A stretch of DNA of 62,000 bases from Lama guanicoe (taxonomy: Eukaryota): positions 3,805,371 to 3,867,370 of the forward strand of contig MU054338.1 in the NCBI GenBank assembly GCA_013239625.1. The letters run 5' to 3'. Of this stretch, positions 25,792 to 37,797 are shown piece after piece. Both the position numbers and the translations under genes were made by a program. Below the pieces are notes generated by a model that was not told where the DNA came from, searched no databases, and saw only the letters and a program-made list of their open reading frames with translations. Within the stretch, counting starts at the first letter, position 1, and the number at the start of each line of letters is the position of its first letter.

Positions 25792-28700
25792 GAAACCATG
25801 GGGGGGCGGGGTCCCTTAAGGGCAAAGACCGGATTTGAAGGAGAGGGGGCTATGTCTTCCTTCCTTGCCTTTTACAAAAGACATCTCTTGCTCAGGATGG
25901 TCTCAAAATTCTCCCAGAAGGTGCGGTTTGTCAGTTAGTCTTTAGGCCGAGGGGCCTGCAGACAGTGCGCAGATGTGGGGTGGGACCCGATGGGTAAATG
26001 GCCTCTCCAAGGGGTGGTTGTCACCACTGCCCCCTCCCCAGGAAGTACCAGCATATACTGTGGTGCCACTGGCCCTGCTCAGCAGGCCTGTGGTTACCTG
26101 TAAGGCAGGGCCACCAGCCCAGATCTGGGGAGCAGGGCCCGGGCCCAGGGTTGAGGGTGCAGATGGCCAGACCCCTGCCTGCCTGCCCTACATCCTTTTC
26201 TCTCTGTTCCATGACACTCTTTGTCTGTCTTCAAGAGCCCCAGGCTGAGGAAGCCCCAGTGAGGCGTGCCTGGTCTAGGCGGATGTCAGTGGGGGGAGAC
26301 TCTAGCATTGCCAGCTTCTCCCCACCCCCAGCCCCTTGCTTAGGGCCCTTTGGGCACCCCTCCCCACTCCCTTCCTTCGAGGACTCCTGAGGGTTCAGCC
26401 ACCACCCCCAGGCCTTACAGCCCACTCCCAGCAAGCTGCAAAGAGCTCGTTCCAGGGGCGCAGGGAAGAAAACAACTGTGCCCCCTGCAGCTGGGCACAG
26501 TGTCTGAAATTCTACCATCAGTACTTGTCCCTCGGGTTACAGGCCTCAGTTTTCAGGGGACAAGAAATGGATATAGCTTTCAAGAGTCAGGGACAGGAGA
26601 AGGAACCAAAGTTTGCAACCAGGCACAAGGACATAATCAAGAGATTGTTTCCACAAACATTTGTTGGACAGCGATGGTGTGGCTTACTCTGTTTGGTGTC
26701 AGACTCCCGGGCATTGTCCTTCAAGGAAGACAGACTTAGAGCCCAGAGTGGGGAGCAAAGGCTCTACCTCAGGGAAGGAGGGTCAGGGGAGAATTCCTGG
26801 AGGAGGGACATTGGAGCTGGGGCTGTGAAGGATGAGCAGGAGTTTTTCACATGAGAACGGAAAGGGTGTTCCGGGTGGTGGAAACTGCATATGCAAAGAT
26901 GTGGAGGCAGGAATAGAATGGGTAGTTTTGGAAAATTCAGGGGGCCTGGGTGAGTGTAGGAAGGAGAGATTGTACTGAAAGGTTGACAGAGAATTGGGCT
27001 GGTGCATTTGAGGATGAATACCTGGTGGGGGCTGGAAAGTCAGAGGAGAGAGGAATGGGTCTTTAATGCAACTGGCATCACTGGGCCCAGCTGTCTTCGC
27101 TGGGAGGCCATGGGGTTCCTCTGCAGACGCAGCTTTCCTGGTCCCCCAAGGTGGGGCAGAGGGGTTGAGACCTCAAGGCCTGCAAAGGGAGACAGGGTCT
27201 TCCTTCTGCCCAGCGAGCACGAACTGAGCACTGCACAGGTGCAGTGGGAAGCTGGCCCTCTCCATTTTGCAGCTGAGAAAATGGAGGCTGAGCAAGCTGG
27301 AGGAATCTTTCCTTCTTGCTCCATGTAATTCCAGAGCCCTAAGCTACTGTGTGCCAAGCTCTGTGCTAGGAGGAAGCAGAGAACAAGACAGGCACTTGGC
27401 AGGGCGGGGGTTGGGGTGGGGGTGTACTGGAGGCCAAACCAACCAGCCAGCCTCCTGGACTTTCAGGGGAGGTAACGGCCGCCAAGGAAGCCTGAGTGGG
27501 GCCTGAGGCACTTTGGTGAGGGGTGTTTGGGAGTGGAAAGATTTTCCCTTCAAATCCAAGTGAAATTAGGCTTTGGCTAGTCCTGGGAGAAATCCAGCAG
27601 GTGGATCTCACCTCCCAGTTGGGGGAACTGAGGCCCGAAGAGAGGGCACTATCCACGTTTAAATAGCTCAATATGTCAGGGACCCAGGGCCCAGGTTGAA
27701 CCTGGGGAGATGGAAGAGGTGACTCAGGTCCCCTGGTTGCCAGGAAACCAGTGTTAGGGTTCACGCTGCACCTGGGGTCTGCGCCTCGGTTTCCCTCTCT
27801 GTCAGGTGGCCAGCTTTGTGTGGTGTCCTTCTGGCCACTCCCGGAGCACCCACGCCCCTGGCGCCACCCACTGGGCCCCACGCCAGCTGCTCAGTGGTGC
27901 CAGGCCTCATTAGGCTGATCCTGTTATCCCGTCCCAGGGCGGCCCCTCCTGCCCGCCCCAGATGCCTGTGAGGCCGGTCCCAGGCCGGCCTGGCTAAGCC
28001 ACCCCAGCCTGGTATGGTCAAGGTGGGAATTTTACAGGCCAGCCGCAGAGGGCTGGGCCAGAAACAGCGGATCTGAAAAGCTGGCGGCCCCGCCACACAC
28101 ACACACTTCCCTGCCCAGCCTCCCCTAGAACACTACCGAGAGGCGGCGGGTTTGGGGAGAGCGCTCCAGGCACCGGTGGGGCACGGAGAGACGACCCTGT
28201 CTCCTAACTCATCTCCCCACGCTGCCCTCTGGCTCAGTTTTCTCCGCTCACACTGGCCACCTCGAAAAGCCATGGTCCTGCCTCCAAGCCTCTGCTCTTG
28301 CGGCTTCCCCTGCCTAGAACACTTTTCCTAGGTCTTTATGTGCACTCAGTGCAAATGCTGCCTCCTCTGAGAAGCCTTTCTTGGCCACTCAACCTAAAAG
28401 CACCCCCCTCCATCACTATGGCTTCACCTTGTTTTATTTTGGGGTTCCTGCTGCATGGTCAGCATCTAAATTACCTTCTTTCTTTCTTATTACCCATCTC
28501 CCTGATTGGATGGTGAGCTTGGCCAGGGTGGGCCCTGGTCACCCCGAGTTCCCTGGCTGGTCCAGTACACAGTAGGCAGTTGATAAATGTGGAGTTAATG
28601 TGTCAGGGCAGAACCCAGCCTGCCACACTGGGCTTTCTGCCCCATGGACCCTCTGTTAACTTGCCACTTCTGCTCTGCTGTGTATTTGAGAAAACCTCTT

Positions 28701-28839
28701 CCCTGGATCTCAGCCCCACTGTTCTCCCAAACAGCAGGACCTATCATGCCCTCCCCGCTTCTCCCCTCCCCCTCAGCACTACCCTGATTACTGAGAGCCC
28801 AGGGGTGGTGGAGGCATTGAGAGAACAAATTTCGAGTCA

Positions 28840-29330
28840 GATCCGGGTTCAGCCACAGCTCAGTCACTTAATTTCTGTGTGACCTTGAGCAAGTTGCCCT
28901 ACCGCTCTAAGCCTCAGTTTCCCTGTGTGGTAAATAGGGCTAATAACAACAACATCTTTTCCAGGGACTACAGGAGAAGTAAACGTGTGGAAAGCACTTA
29001 GTATAGTGCTTGGTACTAAATAAATGGAATAGCCAACATTGCCGGGTCTTAATGTTATTATTCTTGTTCTTGTTGTTGTTAGGAAGGGCATATGGTACAG
29101 TGGTCAAGAATGTGGAGGAGGAGGCATTGCGGCTGGGGCTTTGAGGGATGAGTAGGAGTTTGCCTGATCACTTGCTGTAAAATCCCAGCTTGGCCATTTA
29201 TGCTATTTGACCCTGAGGAAATCATTCCAGTCTTTTGGGTCTCAGTTTTTCTATGTACAAAATGGAGATAAAGTGGTTCACACTTCTCTATGAGTCACTA
29301 GTGTAAAGTGCTTAGAACAGCACCAGTAGT
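28840..29330. mobile_element. Two MIR SINE fragments
   Basis: tgtgtgaccttgagcaagtt...gcctcagtttccctgtgtggtaaatagg; ctcagtttttctatgtacaaaatggagata. Confidence 0.65.
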
Positions 29331-32300
29331 GTTGTTTGCTAGTGCTCATATTAGCTATTTTTTAAACTACTATTATCATCACAAAGCAACCAATGCAGTC
29401 TTCCCCAGAAGCCATTCTTTCTGTCTGTCCACCTCTCACCTTCACTTTGGCAAAGGTAGACCCATAACTCCTTAAGACAAGCTCAGGACCCAAGACTTGA
29501 TTCTCACGGGAGCAGGGAGCCAGTGATGGTATAGTGATTGGGCAGCAGGCAGCTTCTGGGTTGGGGGAAGAAGAGGAGAGGCTGGGCCCCTACCTCTGGC
29601 CAGGCCTTGCAGGGTCTGCTGGGGGTTTCTGTGCCTGCACCCTCCCATCAGACTGCCTCACAGGCTGGCCCCCGGCCCACACAGATGCGACATCGGAACC
29701 AGCTGTGCTAACCAGATGTTCCTGGTTTACCCCCAGATGTGAGTTGCTTGTGCCTGCCCTGGCCTCCTGGTCCCCACCGTGGGGTAGGGCTGGGCCCTGG
29801 GGCCCTCCAAGGGAGGGGGCACATTTTTGTGGGCTGTGGAATTTGTCTCTTGCAGAACCGAGACTTGCCTTAAGAGAAGCCCAAGTCCCACCCCTCAAGG
29901 GGCCTCAGTTTTCCCACCAGTGGAACCTTAGGGAACCCCCAGGGGCCATCTGGGGGAATAGGCCCAACTGCCAGCCCCAGAGCTGTCAGCACCAATGGAG
30001 GAAGTGGATACCAGGCCATGCAAACACATGTGTCTGATGCCCGGGCCCAGCTGCTGCCATTGGCCAGGCCTGCAGGGCTTCATGGAATTAAATGGCCCAC
30101 CAGATGAGGAGGGTGTCTGTTCAGCCCGTTGTACAGCTGGGAAACTGAGGCTCAGAGCCGGGGAGGAGCTTTCCCCAATGTTATCCAGCCAAGAAAAGGC
30201 ACAACAGGCATCCAGATTCAGCTCTCTTGACCCCAAGTGCTACAGCGTCCAGACACGCCTTTCCTCACTGGCTGGCCCGCATGTATATGCCGCCCCTACA
30301 TCTGCCCACGTAGCTTCCCAGCTTGGCTCGTTCTGCCTGTGGGCAGCGATGACAGCTCCATTAGCCACCGGGTCATTCCAATAGTGCTGAGTGGCCCCCA
30401 TCAGGCCCTTTCTGAAGATGGGGAAACCAAGTATAGGAGGATCAGAGATGTGTCCAGGAGTGAGGTGCAGAGGAAGGAGAAAGGCACTTGTGGAGGGAGA
30501 CACCACACAGGCAAAAGCCTGAAAACTGCGGACTGAATTATCAAAGTCCACCCTTGTCTTGAGAGGTCTCAGCCTAGGCTGTCCCTCCTGAACCGTCTGC
30601 CCAGTGAAGACAGACATGGACCCAGGCATTATGCTGGCAAGGCTGGGTAAGAGTGAGGGACCTGTAGCTGGGGAGGGGGGTGCCCAGATGGGGAACAGGA
30701 ATGTCTTCCTAGGGGAAGGGCTATAGAAGGTGGGACTTTGAAGGATGAGTAGGAGTTCGGCTGATGGAGACAGGCCCCAATTCCAGGCCTCGCCCAGACT
30801 AGAGGGGTAAGTGGATGGAGGGAGGGTTATGTGAAGCAGGTTCCTACCTGAGGCCAGGAGCTCTGCAGTACAAAGGCTGTTGACCCCAGGAACAGGTATG
30901 CCTGGCGGGTGTTCCCTGGGAGGTTTATGGAAATGTGGAGCCCTGGAGTGTTGCCGGGACATCAAGATAATGAGAAGTGTTTCCTGGCACCATCAAGAAA
31001 ACTGCCAGAAACACCCACACACCATCACCCTAATTGTCTGCCCTTTGGATAATTGGAAGGACCTGTCAGGCTGCTGTCTAGGGACTACTCATCGCCTCTT
31101 TAAGCCTCAGTTTCCCCTCTGTCCTTGCCCTAGCCCTGGGGATTCTGTGGCTTCCAGGTAGAAGTGGGGGACTATTCCAGATCCCTCTTGCTGCAGTTCA
31201 GGCTGGCCTGGCCCTCAGGAAGGGAGGTGCTCCCTTCCCCGGCAGTGAGGATTCTCTAGGGTCTGGACACTGTTGGGTTGGGAGGGGGCCCCCGGACAGG
31301 CCCAGCCTGGGCAGCGTTGGTGGCACTCGAAATGCCAGCAGGCGTGGGCCAGGGCTGGGTACCAGTGGCCAGGGCAGGGTAGTTCTCACCTGGGTCCCTC
31401 TGCCTCCCCCTGCCTCCCCCTTTTCTGTTCTCCTTACCGTGTCGGGGACGGTCGCTCTTTCCCCATGATCTCTGCAGCCGAGGACCCGACAGCACTGTTG
31501 ACGCATGTGACACTGGGTGCGCATGCGCATATGGCCCGGATGTGGGATGCTGAGGATGATGAGCTCGCCTGTATACGCACAGGTCCACATGCTCACGGGA
31601 GGGCTTGGAGGCGGTGCATATGGGGCGTGCCCGTTCTGAATGCAAGAGGTGATGTCTGTCTCTAAGAGTGCAAACATGCTTGAGTGTGTGGGAGTGTATC
31701 AAGGGCGTGCGGGACCCCTGCGGACGTGAGAGAGCGTAAGGGCACCCAAGTGGGTGGGAGTGGGGGAGCTCCCGAGGGCAAGTCAGAAGGAGGCCCACCG
31801 ATCATCTGTGAGCATGTGCGCACGTGTGCAAACACACGTGTGAGTATGGTAGCATTCAAATATGATCATGGTTGAGTGCTGTGTGAAACACCCACGTGTG
31901 AAAATGTGAGTGCAAAACACGCTAGCAGGTGAGTGTGGTGGTGTCCAGGTGTGTGAGTGTGAGTGAACCCACCTACCCATGACACAAGCACACGGATCGT
32001 GTGCACCTGGTCTCCTCCTGCCCCGTCCCCCGCCCGCCCTCCGCCACACCTGCTCCCAGTCAGGTCCCTGCCAGGGACAAACCAGTTGGGTGACCCCCAT
32101 ACAGAAAGGCCCATTGTTAACAGAGGCTTATCAGCAGCACCTGCCGGGCCCCCTCCACCGGTGGCCCCCTGCTCTCCTGGCCCCCATCAGAGCTCCAGGG
32201 GGTCTGCGGCTCCAAGGCTACCATGGGCTTTTGTGGCTGGCCCATTTCTGGGCATCATCTGGTCTACCCTCTCAAGCCCCCTGTTTTAGGCTGGTGCTGT

Positions 32301-34527
32301 GCAGGCATCTTGTTCCAGCCTAACAGGGAAACCAAGGCACACTACTCCAAGACTTGGGTGTGAGGACAGGTGGGAGTGTTGGGGGGGCCAGAGGGGGCTT
32401 TGCCCACGTGAGGTCTTAGGCCTGGGGGTATTTCCCTGCCTGTCTCCCCCTCCTGGGGTTGGGGGGAGGCCACCAGAGTTCTTAGTTCTGTGACCCTGGG
32501 CAAGTTACTTCACCACTCTGGATCTGTTTCTCCAACTGTAAAATAGGGATTAAGGACACCTGTGAGGTTGAAATGACTTAATAGTGTGTGCTAAGTTTGT
32601 AGAACTGTATTTCATATAAAGTAGGTGCTCATTAAGAATAAAGGCAGTGGGTTCAGGCACCTGACAAATGCAAGGGCTAACCTCAGCTTGCTGTACAACC
32701 TGGAGAATGAAATCTCCCTGAAGCCCACAAGGTCTTGCATGACCTGCCCCCATCACCTCCCAGTCCTCCCCTCCTCCCTTGTTCACTCTGCTCCAGCCAC
32801 ATGGGGTTGCCTGCATGATTCCTTCAACAAGCTTGGCAGGGTCCTGCCCCAGGGCCTTTGCACTTGCTATGCCCTCAGATCTCCAGGTTGACCCGGGGTT
32901 TGTTTATATGACCCCATGTGGGGGATCTCATTCTCCACCAACACCACCAACAGTACTAAGAATGCAAGTATCAAATACCACCTATAGTGGCAGGTCCTCA
33001 GGACGAACACCCAGCATTTTCTCCCTCTATGTGGTATGTATTGTGTCAAGGAACTGGGTATGAATCCCAGATCCTTTCCTAGCTGTGCCCTTGGCCAAGC
33101 CCCTCCCTGTCTGTTTTATGCCTGTTTCCCCAGCTGTAAAATGTAAGTCATAGTGCCGCCTTTGTGGGCTCAGCACCAGGTCAGATACACAGCAGGCGCT
33201 TAATAAGTGTCCTCTTCTACTTACTGTCTGGTGATGTAGGTTCTGTGCTGGTGCATCCATGGGGCGGAGGGAGAGGCGGTTCCAGCCGCTCTGCTCTTAA
33301 CCACGCCCTGGGAAGGACCCATGCAAATCACATGCAAACGAGATGCAAATTGCACGCAAATAACTGCTTGCTGCAGCGCGGGCCAGCCTGTGCGGCCAGA
33401 GGCGCGCGCATGGGGGCGCCCGGCACCCCGCGGCCAAGCCTGGGCGCTGACCGCCATCCAGCCAGGCTTTCAGCGCTCCGTGTAAATGTTTACACCGGGC
33501 CAGCCGCCAGGCCCCGTGCAGACCGACACCAGGCGGCCAGGCGAGGGAATGTAAACGCGGGCTAGGGGCCACCCATTGGCGGGGAGCTTCTCAGACAGGG
33601 TGGATGTATGGGGGTGCGCATGGGTTATTAAACATCTACTGTCAGCACCCAGCACGACGCGACTAGGCAGCCACAGCACTGAGAAATCGGTGCCCTAACG
33701 GCGGAAGCTTAGGGCATTGGGGGAGGGGGGCCCAGCAGGGAGGCGCAGTCCGGGAAGGCTTCTTGGGGGAGGCCCCATCCAAGCTGAGACTGAAAATGGA
33801 ACGGGAGTCGGGTGGTGGGGAGCCGAGAAGAGAATGTTCTGGTAGAAGGACTTGTGCAAAGGCCTGGAGGTGGGTTGAGGTCAGCTTTGGTTCATCGCTG
33901 CCCAGTTCTGGGCATCAGTTTGGAGGAGAAACCTAGGCTCAGAAAGGGCAGGAAGTCACTCCTGAGGACATCAAGGTCTCAACCTCAGGGTTCCTGCTTC
34001 CCAGACTATTCTAAGCACCACCTCTCCTCACCATCCAAGTCCCACAGTGCCCCCTGCTGGGAATGCGCTCACCTCCTTCCTTCCACTCTTCCCCAAGCTC
34101 ACTGGGCTCCAACCACCTCAGCCTCTTGGCTGGATTGGCCAAACTTGGTTCAGACTCAGGACCTTTGCACTGGCTGTTCCCCCGGCCTGAGTTGCCATTC
34201 TCTTCTGCCTGGCCAGCTCCTACCTTTGTTCGAGTCTCAACTTTCCTCAATCCTCTGGAAGGCGCTCTGGGATCCCCCGCAGATGGGGGTGATTCTGGTT
34301 ACCCCTGGCACAGAACCCACCCCCTCCTTGGCAGCATTTTTCACAACCTTGTTCAGTGGTTCCTTGATGAATCACTTCTATGTTACTATTGCTCATTAAG
34401 CAGGAGTGGTTCAAAATCAGGGGCCCCACTGTATCCCCGGTGCCTGGCCCAGCACTCTGTGTCCTTTTGTTGCCTGACAGACACACGGGGCCCGCGTGGC
34501 TGACCATCCTGTGCACGCAGGCTGAGG

Positions 34528-34696
34528 ATGCAGCGCTGGAAGGCGGCGGCCCTGGCCTCGGTGCTCTGCAGCTCCGTGCTCTCCATCTGGATGTGTCGGG
34601 ACGGCCTGCTCCTCAGCCACCGCCTCAGACCCGCGCTGGCCCCGCTGCGCCGGCCGCCTCGCACCCTGGATGCCCGAATCGCCCGCCTGGCCCAGT
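34528..34696 (+). CDS. NRTN: Neurturin coding exon 1 (signal peptide and pro-region)
   Basis: MQRWKAAALASVLCSSVLSIWMCRDGLLLSHRLRPALAPLRRPPRTLDARIARLAQ, T|gtaagc donor. Confidence 0.96.
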
Positions 34697-35879
34697 GTAA
34701 GCCCTTCCCCCTGTCTTGGGTCAAATCACCCCCTCCCCCTGACCTCAGAGCGGCCACAATGGTGGAATTTCATGCAGTGGAGTAGGGCCACAGAGGCTTA
34801 TTTTAGATGGGGTGGAGGGAGGGTGCAAATCCCTCCAATGGCCTGGCAGGGGTGTCGGAGGGGATGGCTGCTGGGAACTGGGGTCTCTCGGCTCAGCTGT
34901 CACGAGGAATTAGGCTCTAGCCCTGATGGGCCAGGGGGCCAGATGGAGATTAGACCTGGGCGTTCGGCCCAGGCCGCCCCTGCAGCGTGGCGGGGGGTGG
35001 TGGTGGAGGGAGAGGGAGGCTGGACCTGAGGTCCTAGTGACCTGCATGGGTGGACAGGGACCAACGGGAGGGGGAGACAGAGAGAGACCTAGAAATGGGG
35101 AGAGAAACAGGCAGAAACGAAGAAGCACAGAGACAGAGAGAGATATGGGAGAGAACGGTGTGGAAAAAGGCAGGAAGGTAGAAAAGTGGAAATGCCTACC
35201 CCAGGGGTGTGGCTGCCATGGCCCAACTCCCCACTCGCCCCTGGCACCTGCCCTCTGCAGATTCTTATTGGGTCACGGTGGTGCCTGGGCCCCGACCTCC
35301 TCGTGTGCGCGCACACATGTCTACTCGTGCACCCTCATGGGCGGATGGGAGTTAGGTGCAGGCGGGGCTCGTGCGTGGCCCGCCGTGGGTAGAGGCTGTG
35401 TGCACGCCTGTGTGCATGTCCGCACCCGCCCTGCCGGCCCACACAATCCTCCTTTCTTGTCTTCACAATGGACAAGGGTGGCCTCGGGCGCAGGCTCCAC
35501 TTCCGTCCCCCACCTCGTCCTCCCCTCCAGACAGCACAGTCCTTCCCAGGGCACTGGGTCCCAAAGACTTGGGTGGACCCTCCCCCACCGCCCCTCAAAG
35601 CTATCACTCCAGGCCCTAGGGGGCAAAGCACCCATGGTGGAATTTCAGGCATGGGGGAAGTTCTCGGCCCATGGTTGGGTCCTGCCTGCCCCACAGCCTG
35701 TGCCTGGACCCAGCCCTACTGAAGGAAGGGAGTAGCTGCTGATCCCCCAAAGTCCCATAGTTCTAGGCCCTGGGACTAATACGCTGATGGTGGAATTTCA
35801 GGCTTGGACCACAGTGGGTGCAGATCTCACCTCTGTGTTCCAGACCCTGTGCACTGGGCCAGGCTTGCTGGAGGGGGGC

Positions 35880-35962
35880 AGAGACAGATATACTAGAAGA
35901 TTATTCACTGTTTATCTGAAATTCAAATTTAACTCGGCATCTGTATCTTATCTGGCATCCCC
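35880..35962. mobile_element. MER53-like MITE half
   Basis: ttattcactgtttatctgaaattcaaatttaact...tatctggcatccct. Confidence 0.65.
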
Positions 35963-37372
35963 TGAGTTAACTCTAGACACGCACCTTTGGGGCAGGCACA
36001 CTCACTGGTGGAATTTTAGGCACCAGAAATAAGCAAGGCTCAACCTAACTCCGGAGCAGGCAGTGCTAGCCACCCTACTCCTGCCCCTGGGCTTCAGAGA
36101 ACTCAGGAGAGGCTACTCAATCACCCCCCACTTTCCACTCTCCCAGCCCCAGCCGGAGAGGCCTCATTGAGAAGACAGGGAAACTGGGGCATAGAACAGG
36201 GCCGTCACCTGTCTGAAGTTGTCCAGGGCTGCGAGTGGCAGAGCTAGCTCAGAACTCCGAGCTTGTCTGCTTTCTGAGACACCCTGGGGGCACAGACACC
36301 CCTCAGGGTGACAGACAGCCCTTCCCTCTCTGGCCTCCCAGTAAGCTATTTCTTTTGACAGCCAGGTGCGCCAGCCTTGGGGGCAGGTGGGGGCTAAACT
36401 CAGGACTTCCTGTCCCAACCGCAAGTGTGGCTGCCACTTGATCAGGGGCTGGGAGCCCCCTGCCTGCAGATCCACTGTCAGTGCTGCCTGCCATTCCAAC
36501 GTTTGCACTTCTCTCCTGGGGCTGAGGAGAACTGGGCCAGGGCCAGCCACTTGGGAAATAAATTTAGGCTGCGGGGCCCTGGGAATCTGTGGCCCGGGGC
36601 ACCTCCTGGCGGCTGTGGGACAGGAGAGCTGGACTTGGGCCAAATGGGCACACGATGGACGCGGGAAGGCTGCTGTTTGGGCTTGTTTTCTCTCCCTCTC
36701 TGCCACCTGCTAGTGGTGTGGCCTCAGGCAAGTCTCTGCCCTTCTGGATGCAATTTCTGGAGACGCCAGAGAGTGAGCTAGAGACTCATGACAGCTCAGC
36801 CAGAGTGAGGGGTTGGGGTGGGAAACAGCACCCCAACACTGCTTGGAAAGGATGTGCCAGCGTCCTGGGGCAGCTAGGGCCCAGTGGTGACAGGGATTTG
36901 GATCACCCCTCCTCTGCTGAACCCTCCTTTTCTTTTGGGGTGAGAGCAGCTCAGTGAAAAGAGGCAAAATCCCCAGTACCTCCCTGCATAGGAATGGGGT
37001 CCATAGAGATTGCCGGGGGTGTCCAGAGGGCAACACACCGGGTCAGCTCAGCTCAAGGTAGGGCAGGCTGGAAAATGAGCGAGGGTACCCAGAAAGGATG
37101 CGCTAGGTTCTGAGCAGCCCATCATAGGTGTAGGGTCCAGAGAAGGGTGCTGGTAGCCCTGGGGACCCAATGTAGAGGTCTGGATATACACTCCGCCCCC
37201 TGGGTGCATGGGCAGGAATCCGAAAGCGAGGTAAGTGGTCCGGAGAGGGTGCACTAGCGCCTCCGCGACTCCACAAGGGTCCATTTTGCAGGGGAACAGC
37301 GAGGGAGGGTAGGGGCTCCTTCCCACCCACCCACTGACTCTCCCCCACCCCCTTCTCTCCATCCCCTCGCAG

Positions 37373-37797
37373 ACCGTGCACTGCTGCAGGGCGCCCCGGA
37401 CGCCGTGGAGCTGCGCGAGCTAACGCCCTGGGCCGGGCGGCCCCCAGGTCCGCGCCGTCGGGCGGGGCCTCGGAGGCGGCGCGCGCGTGCGCGGTCGGGG
37501 ACACGGCCGTGCGGGCTGCGCGAGCTCGAGGTGCGCGTGAGCGAGTTAGGCTTGGGCTACGCGTCGGACGAGACGGTGCTGTTCCGCTACTGCGCAGGCG
37601 CGTGCGAAGCGGCCGCGCGCGTCTACGACCTGGGCCTGCGGCGCCTGCGCCAGAGGAGGCGAGTGCGGCGGGAACGGGTGCGCGCGCAGCCCTGCTGCCG
37701 CCCGACGGCCTACGAGGACGAGGTGTCCTTCCTGGACACGCACAGCCGCTACCACACGGTGCACGAGCTGTCGGCGCGCGAGTGCGCCTGCGTGTGA
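37373..37797 (+). CDS. NRTN: Neurturin coding exon 2 (furin site RRAR and GDNF-family cystine knot)
   Basis: cgcag|AC; ...RRRARARSGTRPCGLRELEVRVSELGLGYASDETVLFRYCAGAC...PCCRPTAYEDEVSFLD...ECACV; total 594 nt = 197 aa. Confidence 0.97.

Larger units (their letters stand above)
24800..25800 (+). promoter_or_regulatory. CpG island, probable NRTN promoter
   Basis: Very GC/CpG-rich, tandem GC boxes 24841-24920, followed by strong donors at 25195 and 25736. Confidence 0.7.
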
